64,000 nucleotides of DNA from the human T2T-CHM13v2.0 reference genome, Homo sapiens. The notes beneath the pieces were generated by a model. The model searched no databases. It was given only the letters and a program-made list of their open reading frames with translations, and had not been told where the DNA came from. Below, piece after piece: positions 32,543 to 49,505 of this stretch. Both the position numbers and the translations under genes were made by a program. The stretch lies in assembly GCF_009914755.1 (NCBI RefSeq), contig NC_060946.1, one strand, 5' to 3'. Within the stretch, counting starts at the first letter, position 1, and each line of letters begins with the position of its first letter.

Positions 32543-33183
<641 letters not shown>

Positions 33184-33197
33184 TTACAAATATTTAA

Positions 33198-33532
<335 letters not shown>

Positions 33533-33657
33533 GAATATATACATATTAATGAGTATAGGGATAAGTATTCGCCCCAGGTCTCATCACAACAAATAATGCC
33601 GTAAACTTGACAATCACTCCCCATATATTTCTCATTCTCACCCTTTTTAAAAAATGA

Positions 33658-37146
<3,489 letters not shown>

Positions 37147-37149
37147 TCT

Positions 37150-38990
37150 TTTGATAGACTCTGACAATCTCTATCTTTGAATTGATACATTCATACCATT
37201 AGCATTCAAAGTGATTATTGATATCATTGGATTAATATCTACTATATTTGTTACTGTTTTCTATTCATTCTCCTCAGTCTCCATTCTTTTGTCTACCACT
37301 CTTTTTCTGCCTTTTGCAGTTTTCATTGATGATTTTAGATGACTACATTTTCCCTGTCTTTCTTAGCATGTACTTCTCTTTTTAAAACTTTTTTTAACTA
37401 GTTGCCACAGAATTTGCAATATACATTTACAACCAATTCAAGTCCACTTTCAAATAACACTATCCAACTATCCCACAAATAAGACTACCTGCTTAACAAA
37501 CAAAACACCTAATTCCTCAGTAACATTTACAACCAATGCAAGTCCACTTTCAAATAACACTATCCCACTATCCCACAAATAAGACTACCTGCTTAACAAA
37601 GAACACACCTAATTCCTCAATATACATTTACAACCAATTCAAGTCCACTTTCAGATAACACTATCCCACTTCACGGGTGACTACCTGCTTAACAAAGAAA
37701 ACACCTGATTCCTCCCTCCCATCCTTCCATTCCATTCCTTGTATTGTTCCTTATTTCACTTGTGTATAAGCATACATAATCTATCTGTGTGTATTTATTA
37801 TTATCTACAAACTTATTGGTCAGATCAATTATGAATAAATACATGCTTTTATTGTACCACAATTCTTCCCTCCCATCCTTCCATTCCATTCCTTGTATTA
37901 GTGTTACTCATTTAACTTGTGTATAAGCATAGATAATCTATATGTGTGTATTTGTTATTGTCTATGAACTTCTTGGTCAGATCAATTAAGAATAAATACA
38001 TAGGTTTTTATTGTACCACAATTCTTTAATGCTCTTTTTTAAAAAATGTTGATCCAAGTTTCAGTTATATATCTTTTGTTTCCCTCTAAAGAATTTCATT
38101 TAACATTTCTTGCAAGACAGGTCTCCTGGCAACAAGTTTCTTGAATTTTTATTTTTCTGAGGAAGGCCTTAATTCTCCTTCACTTTTGAAGGGTGTTTTC
38201 AGTGGGTACAGAAACTTAGGTTGGTGGGTTTTTTTCTGTCAACATTTTGAATTTTTCATTTCACTGTCTTCTTGCTTTCACAGTTTCTGCAATGTTGAAT
38301 GCAGTTCTTATCTTTGTGTCTCTGTAGGTAAGGTGTTTTCTGCCCCACCTCTGGTTTCTTTCAGAGTTTCCCTTTATCTTTTATTTCATAGAGTTTGAAA
38401 ATTATATGTCCAAGTGTAGGTTGTTGGCATTTATTCTGCCTGGTGTTCTCGGAGCTTCCTGGATCTTTGGTTTGGTGTCTGACATTAATACTGGAAGTTC
38501 TCAGACATGGTTGTTGCAGAACTTTCTTCTATTTCTTCACCTCCTGGTATTCTCATTACTCTGTTTCACCTTTTGTAGTTGTCCCACAGTCTTGGATATC
38601 ATCTTCTGTTATTTTCAGTGTTTCTTTTCTTTAGTTTTCGAAGTTTCTGATGATAAATCCTCAAGCTCAGAGATTATTTACTCAGCTGAGTCCAGTCTAC
38701 TAATAAGCCATCAGAGGTATTCTTCAGTTATTTACCACATTTTTTACCACTACATTATGTTGAAGGTTCTTACGATGTCTGTCTTTCTGATTACATTACC
38801 CATCTATACTTGAATGCTGTCTACTTCATTCATTAGGCTCTTAGCATATTCTCCAGAGGTTTAAAAAAATTCCAAAATCATATCTTTGTCTGCTTCTGAA
38901 GCTTGCTCTGTTGACACAAATTGTATTTTTTTCTTTTTTTGGATTTTAGTATGCCTTGCAATTTTTTCCCTTTATTCTCATGCATGAAGC
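37150..38990 (-). mobile_element. L1M (MC/MD-like) fragment with internal tandem duplications
   Basis: L1-like reverse sequence (ttctgaggaaggccttaattctccttcacttttgaagg..., ggttggtgggtttttttc). Confidence 0.65.
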
Positions 38991-39057
38991 ACCCACTAAA
39001 AGTGACTGCTGTTAGTATAGCTTTAGTAATGCGGTGATGAGGTGACAGGGCAGGTGA

Positions 39058-39195
39058 TGCTCTCTTAGTCTTTTTAGGCTACTATAACAAAATACTTTAG
39101 ACTGAGTAATTCATAAACAACAGAGATTATTGCTCACAGATCTGGAGGCTGGAAAGTCCAAGACTAAAGGGGCAGGATATTTAGTGTTTGGTGAA
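39058..39195 (-). mobile_element. MLT1A/MST-like LTR end fragment, truncated by CER
   Basis: tcttagtc...ggctactataacaaaatac...agactg...ctcacagatctggaggctggaaagtccaaga. Confidence 0.75.
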
Positions 39196-42100
39196 GGACA
39201 AACACTCAGACACTCACAACGACTATAGTGACAGCAGCAGTCTTCAGGAATCCTATGTGAGGGACAAACACTCAGAAGCCAGCTGGAGTATTCCAGAATC
39301 CTATGTGAGGGACAAACATTCAGACCCCAGCAGTAGTGTTGTGGAATCCTATGTGAGGGAAAAACTTTCAAACCCTTGTAGCAGTGTTCTGCAATCCTAT
39401 GTGAGGGACAAAAATTCAGAACCTCGTAGCAGTGTTCTGGAATCCTATGTGAGGAACAATCAGACCACGGCAGGAATGTTCTGGAATCCTATGTGAGGGG
39501 CAAACATTCAGACCACAGCAGGAGTGTTCTGGAATCCTATGTGAGGGGCAAACATTTCAAAACCTCGTAGCAGTGTGCTGGAATGTTATGTCAGGGACAG
39601 ACATTTAGACCCTCGCAGCAGTGTTCTAGAATCCCATCTGCAGGACAAACATTTAGACACTCGCAGCAGTGTTCTGGAATTCTATGTGAGGGACATTCAA
39701 ACCCCAACAGCAGTGTTCTAGAATCCTATGTGAGGGACAGACGTTCAGACCCCAGCAGCAGTGTTCTGGAATCCTATGTGAGGTACAAACATTCAGATAC
39801 CAGCAGAAGTGTTCTGGAATCCTATGTGAGGGACAAACATTCAGACCCTCGTAGCACTGTTCTGGAATCCTATGTGAGTGGCAAAAATTCAGACCACGGC
39901 AACAATGCTCAGGAATCCTATGTGAGGGACAAACATTCAGACCCTAGTAGCAGTGTTCTGGAATCTTATGTGAGGGACAAACATTCAAACCACAGCAGCA
40001 GTGTTCTGGAATCCTATGTGAAGGACAAACTTTCAGACCACAGCAGGAGAGTTCTGGAATCCTATGTGAGGGACAAACTTTCAGACCAAAACAGGAGTGT
40101 TCTTTAATCCTATATGAAGGACAAACATTCAGACCCCAGGAGCACTGTTCTGAAATCCTATGATAAGGGCAAACATTCAGACCCCAACATGAATGTTCTG
40201 GAATCCTATGTGAGGGACAAGCATTGAGACCATAGCAGGAGTATTCTGGAATCCTATGCGAGGGACAAACATTCAGACCCTTGTAGCAGTGTTCTGGAAT
40301 CCTATGTGATTAACAAACATTGAGACCACAGCAGGAGTGCTCTGGAATCCTATGTGAGGGACAAACATTCAGACCCCAGAAGGAGTGTTCTGGAATCCTA
40401 TGTGAAGGACAAACATTCAGACCCTCATAGCAGTGTTCTGGAATCCTATGTGAGGGACAAACATTCAGACTCTCCCAGCAGTCTTCTGGAATTCTATGTG
40501 AGGGACAGACATTCAAACCCCAGCAGCAGTGTTCTGGAATCCGATGTGAGGTACAGACATTCAGACCTCAGCAGCAGTCTTCTGGAATCCTATGTGAGGG
40601 ACAAACTTTCAGACCCTCATAGCAGTGTTCTGGAATCCTATATGAGGTACAAACATTCAGACCCTCATAGCAGTGTTCTGGAATACTATGTGAGGGACAA
40701 CCATTCAGACCATGGCAGTTCTGAAATGCTATGTGAAGGACAAACATTCAGACCCTCGTAGCAGTGTTCTGGAATCCTATGTGAAGGACAGACATTTAGA
40801 CCCTCGAAGCAGTGTTCTGCAGTCTTAAGTGAGGGACAAAAATTCAGACCCTCGTAACAGTGTTCTGGAATGCTTTTTGAGGGACAGACATTGAGACCCC
40901 AACAGCAGTGGTCTGGTATCCTATGTGAGGGACAAACATTCACTCCTCACCAACAGTGTTCTGTAATCGTATGTGAGGGACAAGCATTCAGACCCCAGCA
41001 GCAGTGTTCTGGAATCTTATGTGAGGGACAAACATTGAGACCCTCGTAGCAGTGTTCTGGAATCCTACGTGAGACACAAACATTCGTACCACAGCAGAAG
41101 TGTTCCGGAATCTTATGTGAGGGACAACCATTCAGATCACAGCAGGAGTGTTCTGGAATCCTTTGTGAGGTACAACCATTCAGACCACAGCAGGTGTGTT
41201 CTGGAATCCTATGTGAGGGACAAATATTCAGACCCTCATTGCAGTGTTCTGGAATCCTTTGTGAGGGACAAACATTCAGACCCCAGCAGGAGGGTTCTGG
41301 AATCCTGTGTGAGGGACCAACATTCAGACCCTCGTAGCAGTGTTCTGGAATGCTATGTGAAAGACAACCATTCAGACCCTCATAGCAATGTTCTGGAATC
41401 CTATGTCAGGGACATTCAGACCCCAGCCGCAGTGTTCTGGAATCCTATGTGACAGACAAACATTCAGACCACAGCAGGAACGTTCTGGAATCCTATGTGA
41501 CGGACAAACGTTCAGACCATAGCAGCAGTGTTCTGCAATCCAATGTGAGGGACAAACATTCAGAGCCCAGCAGCAGTGTTCAGGAATCCTATGTGAGGGA
41601 CCAACAATCAGACCCTCGTAGCAGTGTTCTGAAATCCTATGTGAGGGAGAAACATTCAGAACCCAGCCGCAGTGTTCTGAAATCCTATGTGACAGAAAAA
41701 CATTCCGACCACAGCAGCAGTGCTCTGGAATCCTATGTGCGGTACAAACTTTCAGACCACAGCAGGAGAGTTCTGGGATCCTATGTGAGGGACAAACTTT
41801 CAGACCCCAGGAGCAGTGTTCTGAAATCCTATGTTAAGGGCAAGCATTTACATCCCAGCATGAATGTTCTCAAATCCTAGGTAACGGACAAACATTCAGA
41901 CCACAGCAGGAGTGTTCTCGAATCCTATGTGAGGAACAAACATTCAGACCACAGAAGGAGTGTTCTGGAATACTATGTGAGGGACATTCAGACCCTCTTA
42001 GCAGTGTTCTGGAGTCCTATGTGATGAACAAACTTTCAGACCACAGCAGGAGAGTTCTGGAATCCTATGTGAGGGACAAACTTTCAGACCCCAGGAGCAG

Positions 42101-43990
42101 TGTTCTGAAATCCTATGTTAAAGGCAAGCATTTACATCCCAGTGTGAATGTTCTCGAATCCTAGGTAAGGGACAAACATTCAGACCACAGCAGGAGTGTT
42201 CTCGAATCCTATGTGAGGAACAAACATTCAGACCACAGAAGGAGTGCTCTGGAATACAATGTGAGGGACATTCATACCCTCTTAGCAGTGTTCTGGAGTC
42301 CTATGTGGTGAGCAAACTTTCAGACCACAGCAGGAGTGTTCTGGAATCCTATGTGAGGGTCAAACATTCAGACCACAGCAGGAGTGTTCTGGAATCCTAT
42401 GTGAGGGCAAACATTCAGACCCACGTGGCAGTGTTCTGGAATCCTATGTGAGGGACAAATATTCAGACCACAGCAGGAGTGCTGTGGAATCCTATGTGAG
42501 GGACAAACATTCAGAACCTCGCAGCAGTGTCCTGAAATCTTATGTGAGGGAGAGACATTTAAACCCTCGCAGCAGTGTTCTGGTATCCCATGTGAGGGAC
42601 AAACATTCAGACCCTCCCAGCCATGTTCTGGAATTCTATGTGAGGGAAAGACATTCAAACCCCAGCAGCAGTGTTCTGGAATCTGATTTGAGAGGCAGAC
42701 ATTCAGACCCCAGCAGCAGTGTTCTGGAATGCTATGTGAAGGACAAACATTCAGACCACGGGAGCAGTGTTCTAGAATCCTACGTGAAGGACAAACATTA
42801 AGACTCTCATAGCAGTGTCCTGGAATCATATCTGAGGAACAACCATTCAGACACCAGCAGAAGTGTTCTGGAATCCTAGGTGTGGGAAAAACATTCAGAA
42901 CCTAGTAGCAGTGTTCTGGAATCCTATGTGAGGGACATACATTCAGACCACGGCAGCAGTGTTCTGGAATGGTATGTGAAGGACAAACATTCAGACCCTT
43001 GTAGCAGTGTTCCGGAATTCCATGTGAGGGACAAACATTCAGACCACAGCAGCAGTGTTCTGGAATCCTATATGACGGACCAACATTCAGACCCTTGCAA
43101 CAGTGTTCTGGAATACTAGGTGAGGGAGAAATATTCACACCCTTGTAGCAGTGTTCTGGAATTCTATGTGACTGACAAACATTCAGACTCCAGCAACAGT
43201 GTTCTGTAATCCTATGTGAGTGACAAACATTCAGACCCCAAGAGCAGTGTTCTGAAATCCTATGTTAAGGGAAACATTGAGACCCCAGCATGAATGTTCT
43301 GGAATCCTATGTGAGGGACAAACATTCAGACCACGGCAGGAGTATTCTGGAATCCTATGTGAGGAGCAAACATTCAGACCACAGCAGAAGTGTTCTGGAA
43401 TCCTATATGAGGGATAAGCATTCAGACCCTCGTGGCAGTGTTCTGGAATCCTATGTGAGGGAGAAGCATTCAGAGCACAGCAGGAGTGCTCTGGAATCCT
43501 ACGTTAGGGACAAACATTCAGAACCTCGTAACATTGTTCGGGAAACCTGTGTGAGGGACAGACATTTAGACCCTCGCAACAGTGTTCTGGAATCCCATGT
43601 GAGGGTCAAGCATTCAGATCCTCACAGCAGTGTTCTGGAATTCTATGTGAGTGACAACCATTCAGACTCCAGCAGCAGAGTTCTGTATTCCTATGTGAAG
43701 GACAAACATTCAGAATCCAGGAGCAGTGTTTTGAAATCATATGTTAAGGGCAAACATACAGACCCTAGCATCAATGTTCTAGAATCATATGTGAGGGACA
43801 GACATTCAGACCCTCGCAGCAGTGTTCTGGAATCCTAGATGGGGGACAAACATTCAGACCCCAGCAGCAGGCTTCTGGAATCCTATGTGGGGGACAAACA
43901 TTCAGACAATGGCAGCAGTGTTCTGGAATCCTATGTGAGGGACAAACACTCAGAGCCTTGTAGCAGTGTTCTGGATTCCTATGTGAGTGA
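39190..43990. repeat. CER (D22Z3-type 48-bp centromeric) satellite array, about 100 monomers
   Basis: Unit gtgttctggaatcctatgtgagggacaaacattcagaccccagcagca (48 bp). Confidence 0.92.
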
Positions 43991-44330
43991 GAGTGCCTGG
44001 AGCCTACCCAACCTGACGCCCCCAAAGCCTTCACAGGGTCTGACCTCCCAGCATGCACCTGCCTCTCCCTGAACCCCAACTGCCCACCCTGCCTGTTCCC
44101 TGGCCTCCTTCATCCTGTGCAGCCCATAGACTGTGACCATCTCTGCAGCCACTCTGGCCCTTCCTTTACCTTTGTCCTCTCAGAATCTCTGAGCAGGATC
44201 TCCCAGGTCCATCCAAACATGTGCTTTGTCCACTTTCGACTAGGCCCTTGGGCATCACTGGGCTATCCCAGCTGTCCACAGGGCCTTCAATAATGCACAT
44301 TGCACCTGGCTTATCCAAGCAGTGCTCAGC
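43985..44330 (+). repeat. GC-rich duplicon segment, paralogous to 57888-58240
   Basis: Near-identical text such as ggtctgacctcccagcatgcacctgcctctccctgaa at 44037 and 57939. Confidence 0.9.
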
Positions 44331-44334
44331 AGCC

Positions 44335-45235
44335 CACATTGACCAGGTCCCTGCTGACCAGACCCCGCACATCAGGTCCTCCCTGATGACACCCTCACTG
44401 ATTAGACCCTCATGACCAGGCCCCACTAACAAGGCCCCCACTGCCAGGCACACAATGACAAGGACTCCACTGACCAGGACCTTACTGACAAGGCCTCACT
44501 GACAAGGCCTCACGGACCAAGTCCTTACTGACAAGTCCTCACTGACTAGGTCATTATTGACAAGGCCTCACTGATCAGGTTCCACTGATCATGACCTCAT
44601 TCCCTGGCCCCAAAGATGAGACCCCACTGACCAGGCCTCCAGGGAACAGGTTGCCACCGATCAGGCCCCTAATAACCAGGACTAAGGTCACCAGATGCCC
44701 CTGACTGGGACCCTAGTGAGTAGACCCCACTGAACTGGAACCAAATGCTGAGATCCCCGCTGACCAGGTCACCCTGTAGACCGGTGCTACAAAAGTCACC
44801 ACTGACCAAGTCCTCTCTGACCAGGACGCTACAGATTAGGTCCCGCTGACAAGGCTGCCCTGACCAGGGCCCCACTGACAAGGGCCTCACTGATGAGGAC
44901 ACGCCCACCGGGGTCTGCTGACTAGGTCCCATGTGCCCAGTCCTCCACTGAATAGCACCCCTTGACCTTGTCACCGGTGCCGCAGCCCATGCTGACCAGG
45001 CCAGCACTAACCCCAGCTGACCAGGTCTCCACTGATCAAGCCCCACAGCCCAGGTTTGCACTGACCAGACACCAAACAACTGGCAGCCAATAGGTCCCCA
45101 CTCACCAAAACCCCCACTACTAGACCCCACTAATGAGACCCTCTCTAAGCAGACCCCTGCTGACCACGATCCCACTAAATAGTCCTCACAGACCTAGGTC
45201 CACTGACCAGGCCCACACTGATCAGGCCCCTCCTA
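44335..45235 (+). repeat. HSAT5-like satellite
   Basis: Degenerate ccactgaccagg / cactgacaagg units of about 12-18 bp. Confidence 0.75.
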
Positions 45236-45249
45236 ACCACACCGGAAAT

Positions 45250-46378
45250 CCAAGCGGCAATGACATGTTTCATATGGCAGAAGTTGGAACAAGACAGAGG
45301 AAAGAGGTTCCACAGCCTTTTAAACTACTAGATCTCATGAGAACTCACTCACTGTCAGGAGGATGGCATTAAGGGCTTGGTGCTTTGCCATTTGTGAAGG
45401 ATCCACTCCCACTCCTTTATGATTAAAGCTTTTTCCACCTAGGCCCCGACTCTAACATTAGGGAGTGTACTTTCACATGAGTTTTGGAAGGGGCATAGAG
45501 AAAAACCGTATTATTCTGTCCCTGACCCCACAAATCTCATGTCCTTCTCACATTGCAAAATACAGTCATGCCTTGCCAGCAGTTTCCCAAAGTCTTAACT
45601 CATTTCAGCATTAACTCAAAGTTACAAAGTCCAAAGTCTCATCTGGGTCAAGGCTACATTCTCTTTTGCCTACAAGTCTCTGAAATAAAAAGCAAGTTCA
45701 CTGTGTCTAAGGTACAATGATGGTACAGACATTGTGTAAGCTTTCCATATCCAAAAGGGAGACATTTTCCAGAAAGCTTCTTATTTTTATCTGAGGTCCC
45801 CTCAGCCTGGCCTTCACTGTCCATGTTTTCGTCAGAATTCTTGTCACAACCATTTAACCAGTCTCTAAGATAGTCCAAAAATGTTCTCATCTGTCTGTCT
45901 TCTTTGGAGCCCTCCAAACTCTTCCAACCTCTACCCATTACCCAGTTCCGAAGTTGCTTCCACATTTTCAGGTATCTTTATAGCAATGCTCCAGTCCTCA
46001 TTTGCCATTTTTGGTAAGATTTATTTTGAAAAAGAGGTTTAATTGGCTCATGGTTCTGCAGAGTGGACAGGAAGCTTAGTGCTTCTGCTTCTGGGGGGCC
46101 TCAGAAATCTTTCAATCATTGTGCAAGGTAATGAAAGGGTGAATTGTCTCACATGGCAAGAGGAAATCACGGAGAGTAGGGAGTGATATAGAGTTTTCAG
46201 TGGCCAGATCTCACGACAAGTCACTCATGATTGTGAGGACAGTACCAAGGGGATAGTGCTGAACCACTCATGAGAAATTTGCCTTCATAATTCAATCACC
46301 TTATACCAGGATCCACCTCCAACATTAGGAAGCATAACTCAACATGAGATTTGGTGGGGACACATATTCGAATTGCCT
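45250..46378 (-). mobile_element. MST (MaLR) LTR - deleted internal - LTR
   Basis: agatctcatgagaactcactcact; ttctgtccctgaccccacaaatctcatgtccttctcacattgcaaaatac (internal start); second LTR ends catgagatttggtggggacacat. Confidence 0.8.
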
Positions 46379-46379
46379 C

Positions 46380-47532
46380 ATCAGTCTTTGTGTATAAAGA
46401 CATCCATAGCAGGCTTTATCCAGCCAGCTTCTTTGGGATTCTTTATATGGTTTCAGGTCTATAGCATATCCACTAAAATATTCCTACTTCAAAAGGCAAT
46501 AAAGTAAGTGGTATTATCATTCTTCAAAAAGTTATAATGGTAGTGTAGGCATTCATAGTATGATTTAGTTTATTTGCTACTGTTTCTATTCTATCACCAT
46601 ATTAACACTTTCCTACACAATTCTATATTCAGCTGGGTTTCAGTTGAGCACAAAGTCATCCTTGTACTACCACCGATAGCTGGCACCAGCTCTTTGATAT
46701 TGTTATCATTCTGCTGTAGAAAGTACCCGTGAACTGGAAAAAGTCCACAATCTAATAGCTAGTCATCCAACACTATCAAATTTTAGGTGACTTTTTGAAA
46801 AAATAGTATCTCCTGTTGCAAGAAATGCTCCATCTGTGATTTCAAGTCTCTCGCTTGAGTGGATTGGATGGAAGTGGTGAATTTCAGCCAAAGTGGCCAA
46901 AGAAATCCTGTTCCTGTGATAATGATGCCATCAGCCTCTGTACCTGTGTCTTCCCTTCTGCCACATGTTGCCTGTTCTCCATGACTGTGGTAAGAGCTTC
47001 CTTGTGTATGAGGATGATGTCCAGGATGTTGGTCTGGTGTCCCTGAGACAGCACTAACAGGTCCGTGGCTGGGTCCAGGTCCTTCCTGGACGGATTGGCA
47101 AGGAGCTCACTGATGTTCTTGAAGGCATCTCTGGTGAAGTGGATGGCCTAGTCAAGTTCCAAGGCCTGGCTGAGGCTGAAGAAAAACTGGCCGCCTTCTG
47201 AAGCTCTTTCTAAAAGCCTGTCACTGTAATCTGCTTGCATGTCAACTCATTGGCTGTGAGGTTGAGCTGAGTGGCCTGTGTCCATCTTCTTGGGGAAGTA
47301 TTTGAAGCCATCAATCTTGCTCTCCCACCCCTAAAGGTTGATGGTCACCACGTGGGGGTGTGCTGAGGGTCAGAAAGAAGCCAGCACTCACTATCTCATC
47401 CTTCTCAGCCTTCCTCTTGCACTCTCTCCAGGCTGTCTCTTCAGTGGTGGTGGGATATATCAGAAAGTGATGGAAGATGTGGCACTGTGCCCACACCCAG
47501 AAGCTGGCCATGTGGTTGGCTCATCCACCAGA
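46380..47532 (-). pseudogene. SNX18P: Sorting nexin 18 processed pseudogene (PX end, BAR domain and 3'UTR)
   Basis: Translated pieces [48 protein letters not shown] and ISLATLAEIHHFH...RDLKSQMEHFLQQEILFFQKVT match SNX18 as I recall it; frameshifts and stops; no intron visible. The 3'UTR extent (46380-46770) is less certain. Confidence 0.88.
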
Positions 47533-49450
47533 ATGGATGCTCTGGTTGTTCTTTGAGCCAGCTTGGCCTTGCCTGGCATGCACAGGCCCCAGGTACAGAC
47601 ACGTTGCTCCGAGTGAACTTGTCCTGCCTTGGGCCAAATTCTGTCAGGCCAGGGCCACAAAAGGCCGAGTCTCACGGGTGGTAATCCTGGCTGCTTTCTG
47701 CACTTCAACATAAAAGCCTCCTGAAGATGGCCTGTGGTCTGCCTCTTTGCAACCAAGAAGCCCGCAGTGCCATATGAGCCCTGAGGCATGGACTGGAGCC
47801 CCCAAGGCAGCGCACACCCTGCTCCTGAGCATGCTGCTCATTTTCTCTGTGTGGCTCCATTTGTGTCACAGTTGTTGCAATGACTAGTGCATGCTGTGGA
47901 AGGCCAAGCTGGCTCAAAAAGCAACCGGCCACCTCTGCAAGGGTGTGCCTGGAGCTGGTGGACCAGCCACCAACCTGACTTGCTGCCGGTCAGGGTACAT
48001 CAGTTCTTCTACCCTACAGGTAAGGCCACAGTGCTATCTGCTTTTCCTCAGGCCTCTGCTCCATCAGCCATCAGGAGGCAGCCCCTCAGGCTGTAGGAAT
48101 CTGGCCATCCCTGCTTCCTTGAGTGGGTGAGGTTGGTGGTTGCTCCACCTGCTCCAGGCACACCCTTGCAGAGGTGGCTCCTTGCTCTTTGATCCAGCTT
48201 GGCCTTGCCTGGCATGCACAGGCCCCAGCTACCTATATGCTGTTCCAAGTCAGCTTGTAGTGTGTTGGGCCAAATTCTACCTCTGGCCAGGGCCACAGAA
48301 GGCCGAGTTCCCTGGGTGCTAATCCTGGCTGCTTTCGGCACTTGAACATAAAGTCCTCCTCAAGACGGTCTGTGGTCTGCCTCTTGGCGACCAAGAAGCC
48401 TACAGTGCCATACAAGCCCTGAGGCATGGACTGGAGCCACAAAGGCAGTGCACACCCCATTCCTGAGCCTGCTGATCATTTCCTCTTTATGGCTCCATTT
48501 GTTATACACTTGTTGCAGTGAGGCTTGTGCATGCCAGGCAAGGCCAAGCTGGCTCAAAGAGCAAGCAGCCACCTCTGCAAGGTGTGCCAGGAGCAGGTGG
48601 ATCAGCCGCCAACCTCACTCACTGTCAGACGTGGTACATCAGTTCTTCTACCCTAAAGGTGGGGCCGAGAAGTAGACCACAGGCCGTCTTGAGGAGGACT
48701 TTATGTTCAAGTGCAGAAAGCAGGCAGGATTACCACCCAGGGGACTCAGCCTTCTGTGGCCCACAGTGCCATATGAACCCCAAGGCATGGACTGGTGCCA
48801 TCTGCTTTATACACAAATTAACTTAAGATAGATTAAAGAGTTAAACATGCCACCTGCTTTTCCTCAGGCCTCTGCTCCATCAGCCATCAGGAGGCAGCCA
48901 CTCAGGCTGTGGAAACCTGGCCATCCTGGCTTCCTTCAGTGGGTGAGGTTGGTGGCTGGTCCACCTGCTCCAGGCACACCCTTGCAGAGGTGGCTGGTTG
49001 CTCTTTGAGCCAGCTTGGCCTTGACTGGCATGCACAGGCCCCAGGTACTGACACGTTGCTCTGAGTGAGCTTGCCCTGCCTTGGGCCAAACTCTGTCAGG
49101 CCAGGGTCACAAAAGGCCGAGTCCCACGGGTGGTAATCCTGGCTGTTTTCTGCACTTCAACATAAAGTCCTCCTGAAGATGGCCTGTGGTCTGCCTCTTT
49201 GCAGCCAAGAAGCCCGCAGTGCCATATGAGCCCTGAGGCATGGACTGGAGCCCCCAAGGCAGCACACACCCTGCTCCTGAGCCTGCTGCTCATTTTCTCT
49301 GTATGGCTCCATTTGTGTCACAGTTGTTGCACTGACTTGTGCATGCTGGGCAAAGCCAAGCTGGCTCAAAAAGGAACCAGCCACGTTTGTAAGGGTGTGC
49401 CTGGAGTGATTGGACTAGCCATCAATGTCACCCACTCAAGGAAGCAGGGA
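47533..49450. repeat. Composite ~640-bp tandem unit (about 2.7 copies) with internal inverted repeats
   Basis: ctttgagccagcttggccttgcctggcatgcacaggccccag at about 47551, 48188 and 49002; its reverse complement at about 47890, 48530 and 49340. Confidence 0.9.
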
Positions 49451-49505
49451 ATGCGTGTTTGTACCAGGCATTTCACTACAGGTACATTTCCCCTGAGGTT
49501 GGTGG

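Noticed and set aside
39190-43990. CRISPR-like regular array
   Set aside because: Monomers are contiguous with no unique spacers, there are no cas genes, and this is eukaryotic satellite DNA.
39188-44072. ORFs with a 16-aa repeat (VLESYVRDKHSDPSSS / CPSHRIPEHCC) resembling a repeat protein or zinc-finger array
   Set aside because: Translation of the 48-bp (16-codon) CER satellite, with frequent stops and frameshifts.
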